This document shows positions 38,701 to 47,500 of a stretch of 64,000 nucleotides of DNA, piece after piece (position 1 is the stretch's first letter; each line of letters starts with the position of its first letter). The stretch is from the NCBI GenBank assembly GCA_038046805.1, contig JBBSVO010000006.1, forward strand, positions 103,314 through 167,313. The letters are read 5' to 3'. Origin of the DNA: Candidatus Micrarchaeota archaeon (GTDB taxonomy: Archaea > Micrarchaeota > Micrarchaeia > Anstonellales > Bilamarchaeaceae). The position numbers and the translations under genes are program-made. The notes beneath the pieces were generated by a model. That model ran no database searches, had not been told where the DNA came from, and worked only from the letters and a program-made list of their open reading frames with translations.

Positions 38701-39254
38701 TTGTTGCTGAAGTTACGCCTGCTTCATCAAAAAGCGAGGGAAAGGTTTTTGCAACAGGAAAGCTTGGAACAATTGCCAAAGAAGCAGTTGAAAACGTTTC
38801 GGCTATCGTAAAAAAGACAATGGGAACGGATATATCAAAAAGCGATATTCACATACAATTCCTTCAAACATACGAGGGCGTGGAAGGAGACAGTGCTTCC
38901 ATTTCCATCGCAGTTTCGGTAATCTCCGCGATGACAGGAATTCCAGTAAAGCAGGATTATGCTCTTACTGGTTCTGTCGACGTACGTGGGGATGTTCTTC
39001 CTGTTGGTGGTGTCACGGCAAAGACCGAGGCCGCAATAGAAACAGGCCTCAAATATGTGCTGGTTCCGAAAATGAATTTTGAGGATATCATTCTTTCGCC
39101 GGATAAAAAAGGAAAAGCAGAAATAATTCCGGTTGCGAATATAATGGAGGTTCTCAGGCATGTTCTTGTTGATTGTCCAGAGAAGGTGAAACTGCTTGAA
39201 TCGATGAAAGCTGGTGGAAACGTCAAATCAAAACAAGGAAAGAAGAGAAGATGA
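35757..39254 (+). CDS. lonB: Archaeal membrane-anchored Lon protease (LonB), interrupted by an intein
   Basis: 1165 aa. Walker A GPPGTGKS, two TM helices, AAA+ Walker B VLFIDEI after the insert, and a C-terminal protease domain with Ser in GDSASISIAVS. The exteins sum to 669 aa, a normal LonB size. Confidence 0.9.
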   Translation: MRDFETTEKIAVPEKLIDQIIGQDKAVEIIKKAAKQKRNVLLIGPPGTGKSMLAQAMAELMPAEELEDVLTYPNPNNENQPLIKAVKTHPSPDEIEKNKEYKMLFHPKELLDMKRGTTGKPMPLIGMGRRIFRMSRAMDDRMAGGGSNLFMLILIGIILLAIIFYLDLAENIKWLLLAGIFGIAFLYIISSATQGLSRRFMPTENANPKLIIDNSEKFTAPFIDATGAKAGALLGDCKHDPLQCFFPSSTTYIVKDEKILTVALNELVDNLLAKYPELIQRDEKYEGLILPKNEEIYTIGSLNANTIPVRILCVNRRLRTGKVSIVKTGITRLLVTPEHKIFSGGNLIEAEKIRPSSQFSLYFNPVITKDDVIRTFSEQDQADAVNYYKFVKIKESNPPFGYKKIAKIMGIKSGQTRWWNNKKCKPKAVQTIERLEHLGLLPFGVNNAVAPIVARVLGTTFGDGGIFSTLNGIFLSSSEEDSLNQYAQDLISIFGTSIEHNFERRISGVNNTGRVVWNTNRDVVRFFIALGAQVGRKNKNVRIPSWINLSSEVQQEFFGAFLGNELCSPRFSNDQNKIQCFCFGLAGSRSLEQNRKEILSTLAHYLNSYGIQTSPNINENEFKKGRYIWRLGISTEVENLIRFYQLIPIRYSNAKLLRVQDAIEQVLERKKSKYKDFLRIGKSEKYVLATLRVSGNTLQKIISNEKLVFDSSSVQFSGYVYNITTESGNLFANGILASNSGGLGTPPHLRVESGAVHRANKGVLFIDEIASLKWHWQQELLTAMQEKKYPITGQSEMSSGALVKTESVPSDFVLVAAGNLPDLQQIHPALRSRIRGAGYEVYVEDSMDDTPENEDGLIQFIAQEVKKDGRIPHFNRDAVIEIIEEARRMSGRKKKFTLNLRELGGLVRATGDIARERGSRFVEREHVALAKKVFSSIEGQLGKKFVERKKDYETFMHEGSAVGRVNGLAVLGESSSGLVLPIVAEVTPASSKSEGKVFATGKLGTIAKEAVENVSAIVKKTMGTDISKSDIHIQFLQTYEGVEGDSASISIAVSVISAMTGIPVKQDYALTGSVDVRGDVLPVGGVTAKTEAAIETGLKYVLVPKMNFEDIILSPDKKGKAEIIPVANIMEVLRHVLVDCPEKVKLLESMKAGGNVKSKQGKKRR
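36486..37973 (+). mobile_element. Intein (496 aa) with LAGLIDADG homing-endonuclease domain in LonB
   Basis: The insert begins with Cys (DPLQ|CFFPSS) and ends ...NGILASN|S, the canonical C1 ... HN/SN+Ser junctions. Internal LAGLIDADG-like blocks VLGTTFGDGG and FFGAFLGNE. Confidence 0.85.
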
Positions 39255-39283
39255 TCCGGCGTTATGCAATTGTCATCAATCGC

Positions 39284-40534
39284 TCACATCCCCGTCTTCA
39301 CAATTATATTCTCCCCAACAGATGTTATCAAATTAAACGGGAGTCCGTACTTCTTTTCGAACATCGTCTGCACTAAAATTGAACCTTCTGTTCCGTTTAT
39401 ACCTACGACCTTTCCGATGTATGTTCCGTGGTCGTTTATTACCTCTTTTCCCTCAAGCTTCATATTGACTAGAAGGTCTATTCTCATTCCGCGCACAATA
39501 TTTGTGCTGACATAACCTGCAATTATCGCAATCAGCAGGACCGAGAAGAAATCCGCGAAACTAACATATGGCGGTTTATAATTAAGCACCCAGTCGCTTC
39601 CGGTTTTCAATACCAGCATTGCAAGTATAAGCGCTATGGCGTAAAGCGAATATCTTGTTATAAGGAACGTTCTTTTTTCCAGCACCGAGTCTATGCTTTT
39701 TCCGACTATCGCGAACAGTGCTGCAAGGATGAATATTGGAAGTGCGTTTCCAAATACGTTTGCAACGAGTTTCTCGCCGGAGAATCCCATACTTATTCCA
39801 TTGTTCCACGAGAAATACGTGACAAGAATTGCAAATATGAATATTACAAATGTGCCGACATAAGCAACCCAACTCGAATTTCCAAAAGAAAATCTAAAAT
39901 CGCTTAGAATAGATGTTATGTAATCCTCAATTCCAAATCCTTTTAACAGCAGATAAATGCCTACAATTACTCCGACCGGCTGCCATCCCATTCCAAGATA
40001 GCTTGATGCAGAAAGAAGAAGGACTAGGAGCGCAGGTATCCCGATTATTATTCTGGCATAATATGGATCGCGTATCTTGTCAAGAAGCACGAAGTATGTT
40101 TTTTCAAGTTCCTTTGCCTGTTTTATGAATACGATCTTAGTTGAATTTATCTTTAATCTCGAGCGGATTACTGGTATTATTTCTTCATCCGATGCACCGT
40201 CCGATACCAGAATGCAGGATTCCGCATGCGTTTCGCGGACGATTCTATCCAACTGCTCACTTATCTCCCTGTCTGCGCTATAACCAAGTTTTTTGTGGCC
40301 TGTAAGCGTTATTACCTCCGCGTTTTCTCCATCTTTTTTCAGCTTGTCATATATTTTTACTGCGTAAAATATTGTATTGGAATCCGGGTCTTCCGGGTCT
40401 GCAAGTGCAAGCTTCAATGCAGCGTTTATGTTTGCCTCCCTGCCAATGACAGGACCACTTACTTTTCCCTTTTCGTAAATGTCGTTGTCCCGGTCTATGC
40501 AGAGTACAAGCAACGGTCTTTCCATATTCTCCAT
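39284..40534 (-). CDS. DUF373 family membrane protein
   Basis: 416 aa. N-terminal soluble LVLCIDRDNDIYEK...GREANINAALKLALADPEDPDSN followed by 7-8 hydrophobic helices. Confidence 0.75.
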   Translation of the reverse strand: MENMERPLLVLCIDRDNDIYEKGKVSGPVIGREANINAALKLALADPEDPDSNTIFYAVKIYDKLKKDGENAEVITLTGHKKLGYSADREISEQLDRIVRETHAESCILVSDGASDEEIIPVIRSRLKINSTKIVFIKQAKELEKTYFVLLDKIRDPYYARIIIGIPALLVLLLSASSYLGMGWQPVGVIVGIYLLLKGFGIEDYITSILSDFRFSFGNSSWVAYVGTFVIFIFAILVTYFSWNNGISMGFSGEKLVANVFGNALPIFILAALFAIVGKSIDSVLEKRTFLITRYSLYAIALILAMLVLKTGSDWVLNYKPPYVSFADFFSVLLIAIIAGYVSTNIVRGMRIDLLVNMKLEGKEVINDHGTYIGKVVGINGTEGSILVQTMFEKKYGLPFNLITSVGENIIVKTGM

Positions 40535-40589
40535 AATGTTATAGTGAAAGTTAAAAGGTTAAATAGATTTGGTTGCACTGTTGATTGCT

Positions 40590-40780
40590 GATGTCGGTCC
40601 CTTCTTATAGAAATGGCGGTCGAGAGCCTCGTGAGCGGTCGGCCAACGGCTCTCTGAAGCTTTATCATATACGTCATGCGATTCGGGAGAAATGGTGCCT
40701 GGTTGAGCAGGCCGTAACCCTCTCGTGGTCAGCCGATTCCAATGATATCCGCGTAAGAACCCGGTTCTCAAATATAAGAA
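40590..40780 (+). ncRNA. GC-rich structured segment upstream of the HNH gene (candidate ncRNA or leader)
   Basis: About 57% G+C by hand count over 40621-40740, against about 37% in the next 60 nt. Helices GAGAGCC/GGCTCTC, GCCTG/CAGGC and AGAAC/GTTCT. Neither strand gives protein-like translation. Strand not established. Confidence 0.3.
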
Positions 40781-40797
40781 AAAAACAGCTTCGCTGC

Positions 40798-41175
40798 ATG
40801 AACGACAAAGAGATAAAAAAATTTTTCTCAGCGTTGGAATATGTTGTGCAGACCCACATGAGTCCGATGCCGCAAGTTCTGCGCTGTTCTGCAGATTCTT
40901 GTTCAGGCCGTAAAAATGGAAAATCAAACGGCTGTTGTTTTATTTGCCGGGGAATCCAGGATTTAACAACGCATCACGTAATTCCAAGAGAAGTTGGCGG
41001 AACGGATGACGAGCGCAATCTAATGTCCCTTTGCAGGCCGTGCCACGACACCCTCACAACAATCACCAATGAAATGCAGGATGAGGGGAGAAAGATTGGT
41101 GAAAGCCCCCATTTTGTTGATTACGTTGTCCTGGTGCTTGAGATAAAATCCAGATTAAACGGGAATAAAACATAA
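40798..41175 (+). CDS. Small HNH endonuclease
   Basis: 125 aa from the ATG at 40798. CCFIC...THHVIPREVGG...NLMSLCRPCHD is a CxxC...HH...N...CxxH HNH/zinc motif. Confidence 0.8.
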   Translation: MNDKEIKKFFSALEYVVQTHMSPMPQVLRCSADSCSGRKNGKSNGCCFICRGIQDLTTHHVIPREVGGTDDERNLMSLCRPCHDTLTTITNEMQDEGRKIGESPHFVDYVVLVLEIKSRLNGNKT

Positions 41176-41266
41176 TCAAGACCCGAAACGCGAAACCAAA
41201 AACATGGAATTTTAAAGGAGCAGGCGGACATCCGATAATTTAAACTTTGTTCGCAAAATAAATTGC

Positions 41267-42351
41267 ATGCCCGAACCGTGGTTTCCCTTGCCAATGGCAC
41301 TTGCCCCGCCAAAGGAGAAAACCGAAAAAACAGGTTCGACAATGCCGTTGCCAGTTTTTGCATTGGAGCTGCTGGAAACAGACAAATTGAAAATGAAGCT
41401 CGGTCTGGACAGGGCGTATTCCGCCTTTGAAAACCTGCGTGGTCTTTACAAAGGAATGCTTGCCGGAGAAAAAAGTGGCGAAACGGGAACGCTTGGCATA
41501 AAATACTTCTTAAACAACGGTATCACAAAATCCCAGTCTGAGGTTTTGGCGACAAGAAAAGGAGACTGCGACGAAATAACGCGGCTGGCATTTCTTTCTG
41601 CCTCCGGACTGGGAGTGCAAAACGCAGTCATGGTTGAGATGACCTGGATAAATCCAAAGACAAAACAGTTTGAGGGGCATTCCGCGCTGGTTCTGAAGCC
41701 TGAGAATCCGTTGGATGCCCCCATAGTTTTTGATTTTACATATCTGCATGATGGAAAACCGCTGGAATCGGCAAATCTTGAAAAAGGGCTGAGAACGCTT
41801 TACGCAGAAGATGCGAAGAACCCTGATTTTAAGATGGCGCAGTTTGGCACTGTTGCGGAAGTGGAAGCGTCGTATTACGACAAGGTCGGATGGCATTATT
41901 CCACCGTAGGGAATTGGGAAATGACCGCGCTGGCTTATGAAAGGGCGGTGAGCCTTGTACCAGATAGCTTTGAGTATACTAAGGATTTGGCTTTGCGTAT
42001 AAGAAATTGAAGAAATACGAGAAGGCATTGGATGCGTATAAACGCGCTTTAGAAACAGTGGACGGAAAGTTGGATCTGCAAGTGCATGCTAACGCAGGTG
42101 AGATGGCACTAAGACTCGACAGACATGATGAAGCAATAGATTCATTGAAGACAGCACTTTCTATTAGTACTGATGTACAACTTGATATAAAAATAAGAGG
42201 AAATCTTGCAAGTGCGCTGTTTGGTAAAGGATTAATGGCCAACAATGAAAAAAGATATGAAGAAGCCCTCAAACTGTTTAGAGAAGCATTACTATATGAA
42301 CCAGACGATAAGGATATACTAAAAGCGATTAGAAGATTAGAAACAAAATAA
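41267..42351 (+). pseudogene. Transglutaminase-like cysteine-protease domain fused to TPR repeats, frame broken once near 41980
   Basis: RKGDCDEITRLAF core in the first ORF. The second frame is open from 41983 and reads GFGFAYKKLKKYEKALDAYKRALE, a TPR that continues the TPR started in frame 1. This is either a genuine frameshift or an assembly error. Confidence 0.55.
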
Positions 42352-42360
42352 AGAAAATAA

Positions 42361-42735
42361 TTATCGTATATTTGGACGCGGTTTGAGTTCGGTAGTGGTC
42401 TCGATGGGTACAAATCCGACTGTACCGTCTGGATCAAGTTTCATTAAATTTCCACTTTCTTTACTAGTAAATAGTATTGATCCATCTTTCTCTCTTTCTA
42501 TTATTTTACCTTCAGCCAAAAGATCTCCGTCTCTAAAAAATATTTTTATATTCCCATCTCTTCGTTCTAACAGGACTACCCCATTAGCATACGTAATCTG
42601 TGATTTCGTAGGCACCGAACTTTTCGCATCAGCCATAATTCCTTCTCGCGTTGAAGATTTAAAATCAGTTGGCTTGACGGGGGAACAGGATAGGGCGAAC
42701 GCAGTGATTGAAGCACCAACAATCAATCTTCTCAT
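42361..42735 (-). CDS. Small secreted/lipoprotein-like protein
   Basis: 124 aa. N-terminus MRRLIVGASITAFALSC has a signal peptide with a lipobox-like ALSC. Confidence 0.55.
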   Translation of the reverse strand: MRRLIVGASITAFALSCSPVKPTDFKSSTREGIMADAKSSVPTKSQITYANGVVLLERRDGNIKIFFRDGDLLAEGKIIEREKDGSILFTSKESGNLMKLDPDGTVGFVPIETTTELKPRPNIR

Positions 42736-42848
42736 GTTGTAACTTTAGTCAAAAAAGGATATAAACCTATCATTATGACTATCCTACTCGGAGACTAATA
42801 TAAGACTCAAGACGCTAAGCCCGAAACAGGCTGTGAACTGGAAACCGT

Positions 42849-43703
42849 TTACTTGCACGCATGCGTTTTCTCGTCACAGACTTCACCGGACGCACAATCT
42901 TTGTCAAATGTGCATGAGCCTATCTTTGCATCACACATGTGCTGCTTTGTATTACAAACCTGCCATATTCCGCAATCCTTGTCGCTGCTGCACATTCCTT
43001 TATTGGGAGTGCATACATGCTTTTTCTTTTCGCAGTATTCCCACGCAGAGCAGTCATTGTCCATCGCGCAATTTCCCTGGGTTGCAACGCACTTGTTTGT
43101 TTCCGGGTTGCATCTTGCCCATTTCTCACAGTCTCCATCGCCTATACAAAATTCTTTCTTTGCAAGGCAGAAGTTCGTCTTGACATCACATGTCTGCCAT
43201 GTTTCGCAGTCTCCGTCAAAATTACATCTTCCTGTATTCGCTTCACACTTTCTGCTTAATTCATCACAGCTTTCCCAGCCCTTGCAATCATAATCTGTGC
43301 TGCACAATCCAGGTCTCATGGAACATTTGTGGGTTTTCTGGTCGCATACCTCGTATGTTTTATCACATGCCTCATCGCTTGTGCAGAATCCCGCCTTTGG
43401 AACGCATGCATTATCCGCAATAGAACAAACCTGCCATTTCTCGCAATTTGCATCTCCTTTGCATTTGTTTGCCTTGAAGTCGCAGGTATGCGTCTTACTG
43501 TTACACGTTAGTAATGGGTCGTTACATTCTTCTTCCTTTTCACAATAACCCTGTTTCAACACGCAGGATTTTTTCTCAAGGTCACATTTCTGCCAGTCTT
43601 TGCAGTCCTTGTCCTTACTACACCCGCTACCTCCTATGCATCCCGCACCGAGAAAGCTCAATCCACCCAATACAATCAGCAAAAGTATAATGCGCTTGTC
43701 CAT
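42849..43703 (-). CDS. Cysteine-rich repeat lipoprotein (10 x ~26-aa C-x5-C-x5-C-x6-C units)
   Basis: Start set at the ATG at 43703 (MDKRIILLLIVLGGLSFLGAGC, signal plus lipobox). Ten tandem units such as CSTDYDCKGWESCDELSRKCEANTGR. Confidence 0.75.
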   Translation of the reverse strand: MDKRIILLLIVLGGLSFLGAGCIGGSGCSKDKDCKDWQKCDLEKKSCVLKQGYCEKEEECNDPLLTCNSKTHTCDFKANKCKGDANCEKWQVCSIADNACVPKAGFCTSDEACDKTYEVCDQKTHKCSMRPGLCSTDYDCKGWESCDELSRKCEANTGRCNFDGDCETWQTCDVKTNFCLAKKEFCIGDGDCEKWARCNPETNKCVATQGNCAMDNDCSAWEYCEKKKHVCTPNKGMCSSDKDCGIWQVCNTKQHMCDAKIGSCTFDKDCASGEVCDEKTHACK

Positions 43704-43843
43704 GGGGATGTAGTACTTACGAAGGTAATTAAAATTTAGCTTTTTCTTCGCGGTCTTGCGTCTCGCGTCACGTGTCCCGTATTTTGGGTCTTCTTTCAAT
43801 AAAAAAGGAAACGTGCGGAACAAGAAAAACAAAAACCGGAAAC

Positions 43844-44527
43844 TTATATTTTTTCAAGAATTTTCGGAAGTCCAGAAAGAGTTTTGATTGTTGAATCCGC
43901 GGAACTTTTTTTTCGTTTCGTTTTTATTTTTTCCGAATATTTTCCGCGCTTTACAAGAATCGTTTTCATACCCGCCTTTTTTGCGGGAAGGACGTCCGCG
44001 TCCTCACGGTCGCCGATCATAACACATTCGTTCGGTTCCACACCAATTCGTTTAAGAATAATCTCGAAAAATTTCCTATCCTTTTCCCTTCCGATTTCTT
44101 CGGAAACAAAAACATCCTCGAAATAGTGTTCTATTCCCATTCTGATCAGTTTATCCCATTGTTTTACCGCGTTTCCGTTCGTTGCTATATATAACTTGTA
44201 TCCGCTTTCGCGGAGCTTTATCAGTAATCTCGGGACTTCGGGATAAGGTAGAATCCCGGTTTTTGTATTATGGTATGCAGCAACAGCTGCGGCAACGTAA
44301 CGGGCCGGTCTCCTCACTCCGAGCTTGCGGCACAATTCGTCAAACTGATTAGGGTAATTCGAGCCGCGTTTTTTGATTATTCTTGCGAGCATTTCGTGCA
44401 GCCTTTCCGCCTCCTCGTCAACCCCTGCCTCTATCATCGCGCGTATGGCATTCTTTCTCGCAAGTTCCGCGAATTCAGAGCTGGGAAAAAGCGTGTCGTC
44501 AATGTCAAAGAATATATACTTTACCAT
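43844..44527 (-). CDS. HAD-superfamily hydrolase
   Basis: 227 aa. Motif I FFDIDDTLF, motif II ATNG, motif IV GDREDADV. Confidence 0.8.
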   Translation of the reverse strand: MVKYIFFDIDDTLFPSSEFAELARKNAIRAMIEAGVDEEAERLHEMLARIIKKRGSNYPNQFDELCRKLGVRRPARYVAAAVAAYHNTKTGILPYPEVPRLLIKLRESGYKLYIATNGNAVKQWDKLIRMGIEHYFEDVFVSEEIGREKDRKFFEIILKRIGVEPNECVMIGDREDADVLPAKKAGMKTILVKRGKYSEKIKTKRKKSSADSTIKTLSGLPKILEKI

Positions 44528-44599
44528 GTTATTCCATTCTGATAATCGTCAGATAGCTTTAAAAATGGTTTTAGACACAGTTTATGGTTGGGTGTGATT

Positions 44600-47500
44600 A
44601 TGCCAAATCCGAAACAGATCGTATTGCACGTTAATTCCGGGAAATCTTCGCTTGTGGATATGCATGAATGGATGAGGGCCACTATAAAGAAAGATACAAC
44701 TGATGAGCAATTGAATATACCGGCGACCAAACCAGACGTTTATGATTCGGTTTTTATTGGTTTTATCTATAAGAATCCAAGGGATAATGACGAGATTTGG
44801 GCAAGAGTTTATACTCCGATTTATGATAAGAAGAATGCGTTCACAGGTAATTTTCTTGTAACAGAAGCCCGGCTTTCTGATTTGATTGGTGACAAAAAGA
44901 AAATAGATGCAATAGAAGGGGCCATATTGAATCTTCCCAGTCGTTCAATTGGCGAATTTCGCATGTTGAAGGAGCTGGTATCTCCTCAGCATTCTCTTAA
45001 TGATGACGGGTATGATTCTGGTACGGGCTATAGATTTAGTTACGGGAAAAGTGTGGGACGTGACAAAATAGTTTTCCCAATGGGCCGTGAGCTTAAGCAC
45101 GTTAACGTAGCTGCACAAGAGCCTGTGGATGTCACCGTATCCCGAGCCGGTGTAGCCGCCCCAATCTCTCGAATAGCATTCGATGGCGAGATGTGGACTG
45201 CAAAAAAAGCAGTTAAGGAAATAATTGAAGCTCCCGCAACCGATTTGAGCAAAGTAAATCCAAATGACCAGATTGGGTTTGGCAAGTGGCTGAATGGGCA
45301 GATGAAAGAAAAATTCAGTAATTTTGATTTTTCCAAATTATCCAAGGATGACCAAAAGGAATTGGTGAAGCATGTTTCGAATCTTATTTCGAATAGACTG
45401 CTTGCCAGTCTTGCAAAAGCAGAACCGCCCGCTGCAACAGAAAGACCGCCAGCCACAACCGCGCAGGCGCCTGCTGAAAAACCCAAGAGGGAATTATCCG
45501 AGCGTGAACTTGATAATTTGCTTGATGAATTGGAAGCCCCGGATGCGCTCAAAAAAGCTATTCCAAAACCGAGCGGTTCACCACGAATTGCAGAAAATGT
45601 TGAACTTGCCAGACGCGAGAGCGCTGCCAAAGAGGCGCGTCTCTCCAAAGTAAGCGAACCGGTGCAAGCCCCAGTGTTTCCAACCGAACAGGAATTAAAC
45701 GCAGATATTCGCCAATTTGTCAATTCTTTAGACAGTACAAATCTGGCAACATGGGGTGAAGCAAGCGATGTTGTTGACCATATTCTGGAACAGCGGAAAA
45801 TCACAGTTCCATTGAATTTCGCGCTCAGGGAAGGACTTGAATTATATGCATCGAACGAAATCACGGCTCACACGCAGGACGTGTCACCAGCGGTTATGTA
45901 TGAGTTAGAAGACCTCAAAAACGAAGTAACGAAAGTCGTGAATCGGGTGAAGTTTGACAAGTCCGGCCAGGGTGCAAGCCCGTCCAAAGTAATTAACGAA
46001 GTTTTGCGTCAAAAGAATCTAGGAAAAGATTTTGTTTCCCAGAACGATATGAAAGAACTTTCCAGTTTTGCCGCAAGCGAGCTTGTGCGCAGGCTTAATG
46101 AGGTTGTTGTCACTACAACGAATCCAGAGAGGCTGAAGCCGGAAGTTATGAACTTGATTAAAGGAGACTTACAAATGTTTATTTCAACAGGTAACTATTC
46201 CGAGATTTCTGGTGCTACTCCTGATTCGGTTGTAAGGCTCATTCTCACAAGAAGCATGCGACATCTGGTTAAAACGACTGGTGGCATTACCGGAGCGGAT
46301 ATAAAAGAACTCGAAACATATGTGCAACCCCAGTTAATCGCACGCAGAGCTGAACTCGTTAAGCTGGCCGCAGAAGCACAGTCCCGTTCTCGCGCAGAGA
46401 TCGCTCCAGCTGTCTCAACATCAAGAACGGAATCGAGTCTTCCTCCAACTATTCCCCCATCGGAAGTTTCCGCTCAAAGAGAGGCAGAACGACAACGACA
46501 ATTAGCAGCCGAAGCAGAGAGGAGAAGAACACTGGCACCACCAACTCCCGCACCAGCCGCACCAATAGTTGCGCCAGCAGTTTCCACCCCCATCGTTTCA
46601 TTATCCCGCAAAGCAGTTTCAGTTCAGGATGTCGCCAAATCATTCACCGGAAGCTATACTCCCGGGCAATTGATTGAATTGAACCGCACTTTTGCAGAAG
46701 CGCCGGAAGCGCGGAAATACACATCTGCATATCACGTCGTCTATCAAAAACAAAGCGATGACGGCAGCATGCTTCTTTTCGTAAAGGCGCACGGAGGCGC
46801 ACGGATTTACAGGTATGATATTCCTGCAGGGTTTTTTGATCCATCTTCGGTAACGATTTCGAGTGCGGTTCTACAAAATCTAAAATCTGCAGGTGCATCT
46901 AATTCAGAGGCAGATGCGATTGCGATGATAATGACGAAGTCATTTGTTTCCAACATAGTTACTGGGGAAGTCCAGTCTTTTGTTTATGCCAATGGCGGCA
47001 TGAGCAACACGAATTATCTTTCACTTGGCAAGTCACGCGATGAATATCGTATTCCCAAAGGAACAAGATTCTCAAGGCTTATTACGCCACTTGATTTTGT
47101 AAAGGACTTTTCAGCAGAAGATAAACGAAAATACCTTGCAGAGCCCACAGAGAATCCAGACGATTATGAAGTTCTTGGTACAATGATTGCCGGAACCCGC
47201 GCCATGATTTTTAAAGAGCATAAATCCGCGATGGAATCTGCAATCTCCTCGTACTTAGAAGGTAATCCAGAACCGTTTGCAAAATTGCTTCTTTCCTATG
47301 CAATGGAAGGTCAGGCCACTTCAGCAGTACATATACAGGTTCTTTCGGTTTACTTAATGTACAGGCTTCAGCAGGAAGGACTGATGGATTTCACCGGAAT
47401 CTACGCGAAATTAAACGGAAAGACGATAAAGCCGTTAAAGGATGCGGAAGATATTCTGAAAAGAGCAAGAACCAAATCCGGCGCGCAGGAAGTTTTCGCA

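Noticed and set aside
40590-40780. Considered SRP (7S) RNA or RNase P RNA for the GC-rich segment
   Set aside because: I could not find the helix-8 GNAR hairpin with flanking AGCA/GGUGA-type loops, nor the RNase P GAGGAAAGUCC / ACAGAA..GGCUUA P4 strands. At about 190 nt it is also too short for typical archaeal versions. It is kept only as an unclassified candidate.
40559-40927. 122-aa minus-strand ORF, and the first 71 codons of the plus-strand ORF 40585..41175
   Set aside because: Both translate into Arg/Ser/Cys-rich non-protein-like sequence across the GC-rich segment. The HNH domain has its own ATG at 40798.
45040-45864. 274-aa minus-strand ORF inside the giant gene (and 57185..57853 plus-strand ORF inside the 246/522-aa genes)
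   Set aside because: They are antisense to longer ORFs with better composition, and are Ser/Ala/Leu-rich with no start context.
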